From Blepharisma stoltei ATCC 30299 (Eukaryota > Protista > Ciliophora): 64,000 nucleotides of DNA. The translations under genes were made by a program, and so were the position numbers. How positions within the stretch are numbered: the first letter of the stretch is position 1; each line of letters begins with the position of its first letter. Shown in pieces: positions 23,300 through 36,525 of the stretch. The notes beneath the pieces are model-generated. The model was not told the origin of the DNA. It saw only the letters and a program-made list of their open reading frames with translations, and searched no databases. The DNA lies in assembly GCA_965603825.1 (NCBI GenBank), contig CBFDEM010000020.1, positions 620,001-684,000 on the forward strand, in the 5' to 3' direction.

Positions 23300-24475
23300 A
23301 TGGCATCATCTTATCTGACGACTGATGCAGCAAGAAACCTCCAAAAATATACTTATACTGGAACAGACAATTCCCTTTCATATAGCCTCATATTATCTCC
23401 ACTATCAAACACTTTAGTTCAAGCTATTCCTACATGATTTTCGTAATTTTAATTTAGTCCTAACTTGGTAAAAATTATCTAGATAACAATGCTAGGGATA
23501 AATGCGCTTTTATTAATTTACGTCTCAACACTTTTTCACTGTGGGACAACTTTAGCCTGTCAACTTCCTGATTCAATTTCAATGGTATGTTCATTGCTTT
23601 ACTTTGCATGGATTATTTTTGATAATCTAGATGGAAAGCAAGCAAGAAGGACTCAGGCGTCAACACCTTTAGGATTGATTTATGATCATCAGTCCGATGC
23701 TTTAGAGATTACTGTAATGGCAACTTTCTTTGGAATTATTTCATTATTTGGAAATTCCCCTTATACAATTGCAATCTGGACGACTGCAGCGATTCACTGT
23801 TATTTTGAAAATTGGGAAGCGCTCTATACAAATTCTTATAGTATGTCAAGCAATAAATACCTTTTCGTGGGGATGCTTGCTTTGATTTATACTGCACTTG
23901 GCTCTGAATTTTTTATAAATACTATGGTATTTCAAACTGAGCTTAGGATGTTGGTATTTTATGGATTTTGCAGTTGGGTATCGATTGAAGTTTTAATTCG
24001 GTAAGATCTATTAAGAATCTTCAACGTTCTAATGAAATCTTCAAACAAAATGGAGGCCTTTATGAATTTGGGATCATTATTCTATATTATCTTTTGTGTG
24101 GTAGTAGTTTTGGTGTTTTCACCAGTTGGATTAGCTTATGCAGGGACAAGAGAATTTGTATTATTTTTAGGTTTTATTTTTGCTAGAGAAATGGGATTTT
24201 TGCAGCTGGCTCATGTCAGTAATTCAGAATATGAGCCATTAAACATCCCAAACTACATTCTCCTTTCTCTTCTTATGTTTAACACATCATGCCATGCTTG
24301 GGGATTTCCGCTTCTAGATGAGTACAATCTGCTCTGCTTCCTTCTCCTTTTTGCTGGTCTAAGCTATCTTCATTTCATATACTCAGTCACAAAGGAAATC
24401 ACTAAAGAACTGAATATCCCAATTCTCACAAATTTGCGTAATTTCCACATAGAGAGAAAAATTCAATCAGTTTAA
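23300..24475 (+). CDS. Choline/ethanolamine phosphotransferase (CDP-alcohol phosphotransferase; 3 introns)
   Basis: DNLDGKQARR...LGLIYDHQSD motif; splicing restores PTWFSPNLITMLG; introns at 23443-23457, 23468-23482 and 24001-24015. Confidence 0.9.
23443..23457 (+). other. 15-nt intron
   Basis: GTAATTTTAATTTAG. Confidence 0.9.
23468..23482 (+). other. 15-nt intron
   Basis: GTAAAAATTATCTAG. Confidence 0.9.
24001..24015 (+). other. 15-nt intron
   Basis: GTAAGATCTATTAAG. Confidence 0.85.
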
Positions 24476-24564
24476 TAAATAATAACTCGTTTAAGACTAT
24501 ATAAATTTAACGCTTTTTCTACTGGTTTTTGGCTTTCATTTATTATTATCTTTAGCAGAGTTGA

Positions 24565-25173
24565 TTATAAGTGCAGATATAGCACATGAGATCTTACAAA
24601 TCCTCGGTTTTTGAATGACTTCTTTTGGTTAGAGGCTGAGTAGCTTTCTGTTGAAAAATAGCTTGATTCATCAGGGATTTCGCTATCTGGGATGCTTTGT
24701 ATTTCTGAGTCCAATCCCATCAAGCTACTTACAAATGATCTATCATCATTTTTGTGAATCAATGACAGATTTGGATGATCCATTGCTTTATAGTCAATGC
24801 TTCTCATCATATAAAAAGATTTGGCATGGGAATCGGATAATGACAGATTTGAAATATCAACACTTGACAGATAAGTCGAAATTTTAAGATTGTCTTCTTT
24901 AGCTTCTTGGATTCTGGTTTTAAAGTTATTAAGAATTCTCTCTTGGCCTTCAAGCATGCTTTTGATTTCATGAACCTGCTCTCTCAGGCTGGACATTTCA
25001 GCCTCTTCTTTTACTTCATTCATTGAAGGCGAATAGGTTGGAGAAGACGAATGCTTAAAATCTACTGCCGTCGTGGATTGCTCAAAATCGAAAGTGTTAT
25101 ATTCAGATCTAGGAGATAATTTATCTTCCGCTTCTTGAATATGTATTGGTGTGGGCCTTTGAGCAGCATCCAT
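24565..25173 (-). CDS. Hypothetical Ser-rich protein with short coiled coil
   Basis: Open frame; first ATG (MDAAQRP) at 25173. Confidence 0.65.
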   Translation of the reverse strand: MDAAQRPTPIHIQEAEDKLSPRSEYNTFDFEQSTTAVDFKHSSSPTYSPSMNEVKEEAEMSSLREQVHEIKSMLEGQERILNNFKTRIQEAKEDNLKISTYLSSVDISNLSLSDSHAKSFYMMRSIDYKAMDHPNLSLIHKNDDRSFVSSLMGLDSEIQSIPDSEIPDESSYFSTESYSASNQKKSFKNRGFVRSHVLYLHL

Positions 25174-25321
25174 AATTTTAATGACATTCAAATAAATTGG
25201 CAAATTGAGATAGTCTTTATAGAATTAAAAACTGATAAATCATTTTTTAAAGGTAATTGTAAGATATTTAAAAAATATAAAATTAGTTTGAATCATTTAC
25301 AATTTCTAATTTTTATATACA

Positions 25322-28198
25322 ATGTCCGATGTGAATGATATGGGTAAGATGCTTCTTGGCATCCAAGAACGATTATCAGGCCTAAAAGATACCTTGAAAA
25401 CCCTGGATACAACCTACATTCCACAAATTACTGCAATTTCTTCCCAAATGGAAAAAGTTCAAACCAATTTAAAGCAACAATCAGAGCAGTTGCTATTCAA
25501 AGTTATTAATGGCGATACTACCCAAGATGTTTCAGGCCAAAAGCATCCCAAAAGAAGCTCACTGTCTGCTGCTGGCGAGCTCCATATGAAACCTCCAAAA
25601 TATTCATATGTTTCCAAAGCTTCTTTAAACAGGAAATCATCAGGACAAAAATCATTTAAAAAATCATATGACGAAGATGTCCCTTGCATAACTGAAAACG
25701 ACATAACAAAAGGAATGTTTAATTTGATAAATCGAGGAGTTATACCCAAAGATGTTGATCTTACCCCAGCATTTACTCGAGGTGCTGCACCATTTGTAAG
25801 CAAAACAATGACAGTTTATCCTGGGAACTTGAAGCCTCAGCAGGTTTTTGTAAAATCAGAAGAAATGATGCCACCTCAGAATTTCCGATTTGATTTCACA
25901 GTTTCAGCGATCCCAAAAACGACGAATATGAATATTAAGCAGCTTAAAACTAGTAATTATGAAATACAGTTTGAAAAACAAAATACCTCGCTTACTTCAA
26001 AAATCTCAGAAACTGACCCAAACCCTAGAGGCTATAATGAGCTTATGGACACTTTTTCATCTCACTTCTTCATAATTAGAAAAGGGGTTACCTTAGACAC
26101 CACACCTGAGTTTATATCTTATCAGAGAACATATGTAAAAATATGAGAAAAAATAGCTCCAATAATTAGGACTATTGAGAGTTTTCTAGCAAATTTTCAG
26201 GTACCGAAGGCAATACTAGATGGTAAAAAAATAGTTGATTTAATAGGAAGAAGAATAATTGAAGAAGATATCATGGACTGCTTTGTTAATAAAGAAGAAG
26301 TGAGGATTTATATAAAGATCCCAAGGATTCAGTTTCAAGGAGAGTCTGGAAAAGAAAAGGCCGCAGTTGTTATACAAAGCATGTGGAGAATGCACAAGGC
26401 AAGGACAGCTTACTTGCAGCTTCAATTTTTGATGAAAAAAGCAAGCTGCATTCAGAGAGCTTTTCGTAGATTTATGGAAGTAAAAAATACTAGGAGGAAA
26501 ACTGCTATGGTATTTAAAGATAAACTAGCTGTTTGAAAACAATTGCAGCAGAAATTCAAAGAAGAGTGGCCAGTGATATCACAGAAAAAGAGACTGGAAA
26601 TACATATTAGTTCTCTTTCAATAGATGAAGCTAGAAGAGTCACAATGCAAAAGTTTTTAGTTAGGCAGAATTTGCAAATATCAAGGATATTCAAAGTACA
26701 GGACCCAAATATTGATATTTTGTATATAAGTGCTTTTGAAATGACTCCAGAAATTGTGAGCTATTATATGAAAATTTTGGAATTGGGAAATATTGCTGAC
26801 CCTATTTCAAGGCTTAACTTGGTTTCTCCTGATCTTGGAAAACACATTCCAACACATATTTCAACCACAAAAGCTGTATTATTTTCACCTAAAACCATTG
26901 CAAGGCTTAAGCATTTAGTAAAGCGTAGAACTGCATATATTGTCCCTGGCAATGTCAGTAAAGATGAAATTGAGCTTGCAGTCATGCTAGGAGTCCCTAT
27001 ACTAGGTGGAGACCCAAACAAAGCTGCATTATTTTCAACAAAATCAGGCAGCAAACGAATATTAACGTCAGCAGAAGTCCCAGTCCCTCCTGGTGCTTAT
27101 GATATCTATGATGAAAAAGAATTTATGGCCACACTTACACGGCTAATTGCAAATAATCTCAATATTGATGTTTGGCTGTTTAAAATAGACAACGAATTCA
27201 GTGGAAGAGGCCATGCTAGCCTAGACATAATGCAATGTAAATATATAAAAAATTTGAGGAAATCCTCTGATGAGCTTAATGAAGAACAGCAGGAAAAAAT
27301 TTATCATTATTTAACAAAAGCTCTGAGTAAAAAAGTAAAAATAGCAGTTCCTTCATTGTATTCGAATTGAAGAGAATATATGAAAGAATTTGTAAGGGTA
27401 GGAGGTGTAATTGAAGCGACTCCTCTGTGTCTTCCAGCAAATGTTGGAAGCGCTTGCGTTTGCTTTTGCATTGAGCCTGATGGAAATGTGGTACTTTCAG
27501 GGGCTTATGATAAACTTGAAGCTAGAAGATATGTGACAGCAGGATATATGTTTCCTCAAAATTCACTGCCAAACATGAACTTTAAAATGCTGGCTGATTC
27601 TATTGGAAAGGTATTATACGAGAAAGACATATTTGGGTATGTGTCAGTTGATTTAGTTTCATTCCCAGACCCATCAGGAAATTCACCTCACCCACTCTTT
27701 TGGGCAGTCGATCTAGACTGTCAACTCTCAGTGTCTGGCTCTGTTATGCCCTTTTTTGATTTTTTAATGGAAGGCTCTTTAGACATGGTTTCTGGGCACT
27801 ATCATATAGACCATTCAATTGACCAAAAAACCACTGAAAGATGTTTTATGTATCTTCCTGTAATTGAGCACCCTGGGATTAGCAAAGTTTTATATAAAAC
27901 CTTCTTTTATATGTGTAGAGTCCAAGGTATCAGTTTTGATCTTGAACTGAAAAAAGGCACTACTTTTATTCTCCCCGACTGCATCCAATCATCAGTCATA
28001 GGACTCCTCACAATGGGTGGCTCCCCCTTAGACTGTTCCAAACTCCTGCTAAACAGCTTAAAATTCGTAGAAACCCAAGCAGGCGACTTGCCACTCCTAA
28101 AAGACGAATCCCGCGACGACGCAATTTCTTTTTCAGAAATCCTCTCAATGGTCAAACTTATCAACAAAAAGCTGACACCAAAACCTAAAAGAAAATAA
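25322..28198 (+). CDS. IQCH: IQ-motif-containing protein H homolog (IQ motif plus ATP-grasp-like region, 958 aa)
   Basis: Four fragments in one frame via TGA; IQSMWRM, LEIHISSL, QNLQISRIF, STKSGSKRI and WLFKIDNEFSGRG motifs. Confidence 0.8.
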
Positions 28199-28239
28199 CT
28201 TTTAAATATTAATATGCGCTTTATAATAAATCGCGGGAA

Positions 28240-28542
28240 ATGGCTGAGAGATATGCAGCAGGGCTTCTGAACGAATTAAGGATAAATGAAAAGGTCAGCA
28301 TTATAGGGAAAGTTGACGGAGAGTGGGAAAACGGGATATTTTTAGCTGACAACACTGCTAGGATCAGAGTTAAGGATATATCAAAAGGTCTTACTGGAAT
28401 TGTGGAAATCAGAGGGGAAGTTGTGGGAAACTATGAAGTCAGGTGTGAAAGTTATAACGAATTTGAAGCTACAAATTTTGATTTCAGCAAAAGAGCTGAA
28501 CTTGTGAGACTTTATCAGCAGTTCTCTGAAATTGGGGTTTAA
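28240..28542 (+). CDS. RPA3: Replication protein A 14-kDa subunit
   Basis: 100-aa OB fold: VSIIGKV, IVEIRGEV, NFDF plus C-terminal helix. Confidence 0.75.
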   Translation: MAERYAAGLLNELRINEKVSIIGKVDGEWENGIFLADNTARIRVKDISKGLTGIVEIRGEVVGNYEVRCESYNEFEATNFDFSKRAELVRLYQQFSEIGV

Positions 28543-28576
28543 TTGATAAAAATTAGTTAATTTACTATAAAAATCA

Positions 28577-29548
28577 TTATCGATCAAGCAGGTGAGGTTT
28601 ACTGAGAGTGGAGATCGTTCTTTTCAAGGACTGAACTCGAATTATCTTTTTAGATGAGTTTGATTTTCAAGCAGGCCTTACAAGAGGAGACTTGCTGTTC
28701 CTTCGAAGACTTGGCTCTGTATATACTTGGTCAAAAGGAGAATGAGAGCGGCTTTGCCGCTTTCTAACTTGCCAATTTTCTAAATTTTTTTGTATGCTTA
28801 ACACTTCCTGGCATTTTTCTTCATATTTATGTCTGAATTGCTGAGAAATCGAAAAATTCCTCTGATTCCGATCATTATAGAGACGCTTTTTAAGTAAGTT
28901 ATATTGATACTCGAGTTCTCTGCACTCTTTTTCTTTTTCTTTGATTTCTTCTTCCATCCTTTTATTATCAACTTCAATCATTTTAGAGGTTGTTCCTCCT
29001 GTAATATCAAAAGATAGACTTTTTCTTTCTCCTTCAGAAAGCTCGATTTTCTTTGGATTTATCATACGCAGTCTGTGAATCTTTTTGTCCTTGCGTTGGA
29101 GCTCCAATTCTAACATTTTCTTTTCAGCTTCAAGCTCCTCAACAGTTTTATAAAACTCAAATTCGATATTTTTAGCTTTATTTTTGCTTTTTTCTACATC
29201 GCTTTGAAGCTCGTCTATATAAAGACGGAGTTGGTGTTGGACTTTGTTATGGTTTCTGCTTACTTCTTCTAACTTCTGAAGAGATTTTTGATAGGTTTTA
29301 TCTCTTGGCAAGCCTTTAAAAGTCTGGAAAACTGTAAAATTTCGCTTAAGCTCAATTAGCTCTTTGACTCAGTCACTCACATATTGAAAACATTCGTTTG
29401 GTGCTAATTTTTCAAAATCTTGTGGATTCAACATGCTCTCATCCAGTTCTGTTTTCTGCATAATTCTTACTTGCTCATGCAATTTATTGTGTAGTCTCAT
29501 AGCAAATTCCTTCACGGTTGTTTCTAAATTATTTTCTTCATCACTCAT
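28577..29548 (-). CDS. Coiled-coil protein
   Basis: Fragments joined via TGA; TAA at 28579-28577. Confidence 0.7.
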
Positions 29549-29765
29549 CAAGGTATTATAAAGAAATGCAAAATTTAAATATCGAATTTGACTTCAAAAA
29601 TATTTATTCTCCCTTATTAAATAAGCATAAATACCTTTTCAGCAATTTACTGCATGAACTAATCCTTGGCCACATATCTTGATAAGTGATTAGCATAAAA
29701 GCAGCATAATGAATTAAATTAATATATAATTATTTAAGAGTAGCTCAATTTTTCTTTATTAATTT

Positions 29766-30152
29766 CTACCATTGTCCTTCTAAATCAGGTGTTGGACAGC
29801 TAGACCCAAAAATGTTTTCATTTGATTCGATTTGTCGATCTAGTAGCATGATTCCATCAGCAATTTTCCTTTTCTCATTTTTTAAGTAGTGGATTTCTTC
29901 ATCAATTTCGTTGAATACTTGATACTGATCATTTGATAACTCATTCAGCTTTCCTCTAAGACTTTCGACTTCGTCAATAATTTCAGTATTTAAATCATCA
30001 CGTAACTTCTTGTTATCGTGCATCAAAGTTGTGAAATTTGATCGAAGGATTTGTGATGCTTTTACATTATCAAGCAATAACCCTCCAATATACTGTATCC
30101 TGTCTTCTATTTGAGCTATCTGCTGTGTGGCTGGTAAAATTCTTTGCTGCAT
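29766..30152 (-). CDS. Small coiled-coil protein
   Basis: 128-aa ORF with heptad pattern. Confidence 0.65.
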   Translation of the reverse strand: MQQRILPATQQIAQIEDRIQYIGGLLLDNVKASQILRSNFTTLMHDNKKLRDDLNTEIIDEVESLRGKLNELSNDQYQVFNEIDEEIHYLKNEKRKIADGIMLLDRQIESNENIFGSSCPTPDLEGQW

Positions 30153-30452
30153 AATTTTTATATTATTTTTATCTAAATCTTTAAAGTCTTACTATTTTTA
30201 GATTAGTATTTTTGGAGGCCTTTAGCTTGTTTTTAATGCAGCTTTGTTTTCTCAATTTTTTTCAGTCTTAAATATGATTTTTAATTAAAATTAAATTTTT
30301 GTGTGCCTTTATAATTTTAAAATTTAATAAACAGAGAATAAATTCAAGAAGCTAAAGAATAAATAATAAGATAATAAATTTAAGCAAAATGAAATCTTTT
30401 TCAGTCCTTAAATATATTTGGTTTATTATTTGAGCCGTATAAATAAAATATA

Positions 30453-31103
30453 TTATCATATTAATTCTTTGAAAATCCAAATTAGTACTCTAATAGAAAA
30501 AAACACAGAATAAGAATTCAAAAAATAGTCAGTTCATTTTTGAATTGATCTCAAAGGATATTTCATCGCTCCTGCCAAAATTGAGCTAATGATAAAGAGT
30601 AGTCCTGAATCATCCCAAACCAAAGTATCTCATGAAGTTAGTTTTACCAAAGATATTAGCAAGCTTATATACCCAATTGTTAGTAGCAATCCTTGAACCA
30701 AAATATTTATGCACATGTAAGTGATTTTTTCTGTATGACTTTTGTAGTTTTCAATATAATTTTCAACTGACTGATAGACAAAGGTATTTATCATTGTCAC
30801 AGCGATGGTATAAAATGATAAAATCACTACATAATAAGCCAACTCTGGTATTGCTTTTTTAAGAACTGGTAATAAGAAATCATGCTCATAATCATATAAA
30901 AATGTTCTAGATCCAGATGATGCAATTAAATCAAAGACAATATCAACAATCATCATCACATGAGCTGAAAAAATTGTAAGCAAACATAATATGATGCACC
31001 TAGGAATTATCCGGAGACCTCTCAGCTGGCGACGATATAACCTTCTCACTCATCTAGTTGTATAAATTCCGCTTATAGCTAGAATTGCATAACTAGTTAT
31101 CAT
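30453..31103 (-). CDS. Multi-pass membrane protein of unknown function
   Basis: ATG 31103; several hydrophobic segments; reads through TGA codons and ends TGA-TAA. Confidence 0.6.
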
Positions 31104-31698
31104 AATTCAATAATATAATAAATGTGGCGAAGATTGCTTTCACGAATATTAATAAATAAATAAATGATATGCAAGACATATCTATTTTCTGCATAGCATG
31201 ACATATTTGATTGAAATTAAGCTTGAAATGATGATAAATATTGAATCTTGTTTTTGAGCAGATGCAACTAGATATGATATTGCAGATACTTTAAATTAAA
31301 TTATAAAGTATGATGATTTACGTAATAACTCTGCATTGAAATTTTTGAATTTAACTTGTGCATGCAATAAATTATTTAATCAATGCAATTGAAAAAATCA
31401 TAAAAAATCATGAAAATAAATATATTTTCAGATAATATGCAAAATTCTTTCAGATAAAAATTATTATAACAATTATTTCTGAAATGCTTTAAAATTCACT
31501 GATATCCTATTTTTTAGTGATAAGCTTTTGCTACATATATGATAGATTGCATCTCAAATGACATATATAAAATCTTTTAGCTAATGGTTTTGATAATAAG
31601 TAATTAGCAATTTAATCTAATTAAGTAAAAAAACACAAAATTCAATATAAATTGAAAAAGCCGGCGAAGTTCTTTTATACTTACATTTAATTTAAATA

Positions 31699-33711
31699 AT
31701 GAGCTACATGGAGAGATTCTCTGAATATCAAGAGAACTCATACTCTAGAAATATATCCCTTCAAGCTAGTATTTCAGAGCTTTGGTCAAGGCAACCCCAA
31801 GACAAGCGACTTGTCTTAAGAATTCAGTCCATGCTACCACAATTTAAACTGACATCTGATGTATTAAGGTGCTTATGGGAATATAGCATAGACCCTGATC
31901 CTCAATTTACAGGCGTAATTACAGCTTTTAAATACTCGCCTCTACACTTTTTAAGTCTAAAAGCTACTGAAATTGTTTGACTACGAAAAGGGGAAAATCT
32001 GCCTCAAGCAGATTATTTGATGCATTTATCGCCTCAATCGGTAGACTCAGCAGAAAATTTACAAATTGAAGAAAAAATCTTTGATAGTATGATGAGAAGC
32101 GCTATGAGAAGAATCGAAAGAAATCAAGAGCTTGAACCACTTGATGTGTGCAGGGCTTGCATTGCGTTTACAGCTGATGAAACTACTCAGCGGCTGCTAA
32201 TGAAATGTGAGATCTTATTTCCTGCAGTTTCTTTGCAGTTTACTCCAATTCTACCATTGAAATTGGTCTCAACGCCATTAAGCTCAAAATTAACAAAAGG
32301 GTTAGCAAGTAAATATCAGGCTGGGTATTTGACACTAGATCAGTCGGGAAGAGCGCTGCCACTTCTTGACACAGATCCACTTGCAATGCAATATCCTATT
32401 GTAGGTATCTGGGTAACTGGAATCCCAGAGTCACAGAGTAATAGAAATGCACCGATAATTCATCCCTTAGTTTGGACAAGTTGCATTCAATATATTGAGT
32501 CCAAAAATATCAGGGACAAAATTTCTCCTGATCCTGAAAACTTGACTATGCTGTTTGTCCACTTTGCAGGAAAGCCAAAGTTCTATGAGATTTCATGTGT
32601 AGGTAATCCTCAGTGAAGAACTGAGTCGTTTTGCAGCGAAATTCCTCGAGAAGAAGAGTCATATTTTGCTCCTTGCTTTGCTACATTTTTAAAAGAAGAC
32701 CAAACAGTAAATTCTATCGAGCTATCTATGGACAATTTTCCTAGGCACTCAGTAAACTCTTCTATAAGTTATGGATCAAGAATAAGCACACCTTCGAATT
32801 ACCAAATGAAGCCTCCTCGCCAATCCGGAAACCCAGGGATGTTCACTCCGTCCTATAGCCGGCAGCTTTCTAGAAAAAATTCTATGGAAAGCTTAAGAGG
32901 ATCAGGCACTTTTTCTCCGAGCGCCGAACAAATTATTGAAGACCAAAGTAAAATGCTTGCTCAGCTCCAAGCACAAATAAAAGAACTCCAGGCACATGTA
33001 TTTAAACCAAAAATACAAAATAATATAGGAGGAGATCTCGTAAATGCTGGGACAAATACGACTTTCAATACAAAAGATATGAGGGAGATGTCAAATGCAG
33101 AAACAAATACAACTTTTGTAACGACAGCGCCTGCTGAGTATTTGACAATGGGAGATTTAAGGGTAAGTGAAGAAGGTATGCCAAGTATGAAAAACACGTC
33201 AATGATTTCAAGTAAAAGCAACGCAAATAAGCCTCCATGCTCAGGAAAATCGATGACCTCAAGGCCAGTTTCGAAGCCTCTTTCTTCTTCGTCAGAAGAT
33301 CATAATGAATCAAACGGTCCTCTAGAATACAACCCTCTCAGATACAGCTCAATGGAATTTCAAGACTCCCCAGGCCCTTCTCCTCATCCTTATAAATCAA
33401 AGATTTCCCAATCCCCTTCTATGAGGAGCAAGCAAAATTCTATGGATTTGCCATATACAGATCGCTCTTCAGTTTCTAGTATAAAAATGAGTGACATGAA
33501 GCTGAAGTTTAGTGTAGAATCTTCAACAGACATGCCAATAAATTATCAAAGGAAACTTGCTTATTCCCCAGCTAACACGACTAAGCCAGTTAATGAGGTA
33601 GCTCCTTCAGACCAAACTATATGTGTACCAAAAATCATGTATGAAAGCAGTAGTGAAGGCTCAGATGACGATAATGTGCTGACTGCAATAGAGAAAAAAT
33701 ATTTACGATAA
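31699..33711 (+). CDS. STIL-like centriole assembly protein (670 aa)
   Basis: PILPLKLVSTPLS, GYLTLDQSGRALPLLDTDP...PIVGIWVTG and PLVWTSCIQYI resemble the STIL N-terminal domain; short central coiled coil; C-terminal PKIMYE...AIEKKYL. Confidence 0.7.
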
Positions 33712-33733
33712 TAAGTTTAAGTAAAATTCATAA

Positions 33734-34870
33734 ATGGCAATCAACCGTAAAAGCACAAATCAGAGCTTCGACTCAAGCCCAACTTTTGCAAAAACTGAAG
33801 ACAAGATCACTGAGTATTATAACCAATTGCATGATACTTTAGAGAGCTTTGATACAAAGGTAAACACAGTGATTCACTCCCATGAAAAAGACTTTCTCGG
33901 CGCCTTCAGGAATATCATGGCTAAAGTTAAAAAAGAAATGACAAAATTGCGTGAGTTGACTGATGAGCAAGCTTTAATGATTAAAAGAGACCAAGTTGTG
34001 CAAGAATTACAGAATTCTTTATATTGATTTCAAAATGAAGCTGTTAAACTTGGAGAAGCCTGCTCCAAAGTGCAAGCAAGATACGACAATGTTAAACAAA
34101 AAGTCCATGGGCTTGAAGCAGAAAATATTGCATTAGAGCAACAAGTAAAAATCTTGATGAGGCAAAATGAAACATTAAAAGAAAATTTAGGATTTAAATT
34201 TGAAGAAAGCGATATAAAGCTCGATCATTTTGAAGAAAAAAAAGCAAATTTAGAAACCGATATAAAAAATGAAGGCTTTTTAACAACTTTAGCGCTGTCT
34301 TATAATATTGAAAACAAAGAATTTATAGGAAAAATTGAGGATTATTTAAGAAGTCAAGAAATTTCTTTTTTGAGAACTTTGGATCACCAGAGGAAAATTA
34401 TTTCCAATTTGAAAAAACAATTAAGGGAATTTACTTCTGAAAAAGCTAAAGGCTTTTTGGAAAGAAGTGATTTAGAAGATCTATTTTTAGACTGTGTAGA
34501 AGAAGTAAGAAAAGAAGTCGTGAGAAGGAAATCTAGAGAAAACTCTGAGAAAAGAAATCGCCAGACTTTGCAATCAAATGTGCATTTAACTGCAATTGAT
34601 AAGCGGCTGATTTTAGAAAAATTCATTGCAAATGAGCAAGTTATTGCAGTTCTCTATGATACTTTGTTTCCTTGAAAAGGCGAAAAAGGTTCTTCTGAAG
34701 CTTCACATCCATTGTTTACTCCAACACAGACGAAAGAAGAGAAATCACCAAGAAAAGGAGGGTTGTTCCCTGAAGTTGATAATGCTTCAGTCTCATCTCG
34801 AGGTTCCCAATCGTCGAAAAAGCGAGGTGTTGTGGTGAACGGAAAATTATTGATTGATAAAACAAGTTAA
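33734..34870 (+). CDS. Ciliary-type coiled-coil protein (BBOF1/CFAP157-like C-terminal motif)
   Basis: Joined via TGA; DLEDLFLDCVEEVRKEV...EQVIAVLYDTLFP motif is shared with 38873-40129. Confidence 0.6.
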
Positions 34871-34888
34871 CTTTAAAATAACTCATTT

Positions 34889-36439
34889 TTACAGAGAATC
34901 AAGCACCGCTAGCTTAGCTTTTATGCTGTCTATGTACACATTGTTAATGCTGTCTTGGATTTCCAAGCTTTGAATATTCTTGATGTGCTTAGGGTTAATG
35001 CTGCGTTCATAATTTTGTGCTCGAAGCTCTATAGACTGAGTTAATAGCTTAATTTTATTGATCTTTGCAGACTTTTCGGTATTTTCATCTGATAAAATTT
35101 GTGTCCAATTGACAGGTTTTAGTAGTGGGCTTCCGTGGTCTCTTGACTTTTGCCTTTCAACTCGTTTTTGCAATAGATAATCGACTGACTTATTGACAGA
35201 TGTATCTGGGCTTGTATCATTTCTTGATGAAATTGATGAGCTTCTTTTTGAGGGCTGCAAATTTCTTTTATGGCTTGAGGATTTATAAGATTTGATAGAG
35301 TCTCCAGGGTTTGATGATAGTATTTTACTATCAACATTTTCCAAGTTTTTAGAGTGGCCTCTTAGATCGCCTGCTGACTTTACATCATAAGGCTTTAAAT
35401 TGATCATATTTTCATCAATGCTTTTATTTAATCGGTCATTGCGGATTTTTCTCCTTCTTCATTCAATTTCTAATTGTTTGTTGTAAGAGATTTTAGGCTT
35501 AAATAAATCAATTGCAAGTTTTCCATATTCCCTTGCTTTATGGGCTAGCACTTTGCTGCTTTCTGATTTTTCTGCTTCTTTCTGGATCTTTTCTTCGCTT
35601 TCAATCATCATAATGTCTAGCAAAGGAGATTTGTAGTAGTTTATGCTAGCTTGATGCTGGGCAAGATCATAATAATTTTGTGATAATTTATGCTTCCTAA
35701 GAATTTCTGACTCTTTTATAGCTCGTTTGTACTCTAATTCATGCTTGTTGATTTCATCAAATTTTATTGGTCGATAGAACTCTTTTTGTCTTGCCAAAAT
35801 TTCCTTTTGCTTTTCCATCTCAGGCATCACTGAATTGCTAAAAAATCTGTCTTCCAATTTCTTGTAAAGAGGTTTCGAGTCCTCATATGTATCTTTATTT
35901 TCAATTAATAAAAGCTTTTTTCTTTCGATTCTATCTGATTCTACCTTATTTTTTATTTTTGTAATGTTTTTCTGCTTTTCTTCTGCCCTTTTTCTTTCTT
36001 TTTCCGCACTTGATTTATGTTCTTCTTGAATTTTTTGTAAAATTTTTGCATTAATATTTTCAATGTTAGTTTGATGCAGAATTTGTGCTTTTTCTCTTTC
36101 TTTTTTCATTCTTTTAATGAAATCGAACCTTTCTTTCTCAGTCATTTCATTTTTTTCAGAATCAAAAGAGCGAGTAATTGCATTATCCTTATCAATTTTT
36201 GTAGTATCAATATTATCTTCTCCTTCATTTCTTGGATTAGAACGATATTCTTTGACCCTCTTTTGGGAATTCTTTGATTTGCGAATATGAGAGTGCCGTT
36301 TTAAATAAATTTTGTTTTTTATCTGAGTAAATATTTTGCTTAAAGAAGTTATAATAGAATCATGCGCAGTTAAATAATCATCATATGCTACTTGCTTGTA
36401 TCTTTGAAAAAAATAAGACTTCACAGACTTCTCAATCAT
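34889..36439 (-). CDS. Coiled-coil protein, paralog of 48229-49749
   Basis: KPLYKKLEDRF...MPEMEKQK and terminal SIKAKLAVLD; joined via TGA at 35461-35459. Confidence 0.75.
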
Positions 36440-36525
36440 TTTATTCAAATTACTAAAGGAATTAAAATGAAGGAAATTTTAAAGAATTATTTTTCACCAA
36501 AATTAAGGAAATAATTTTCCATTAT

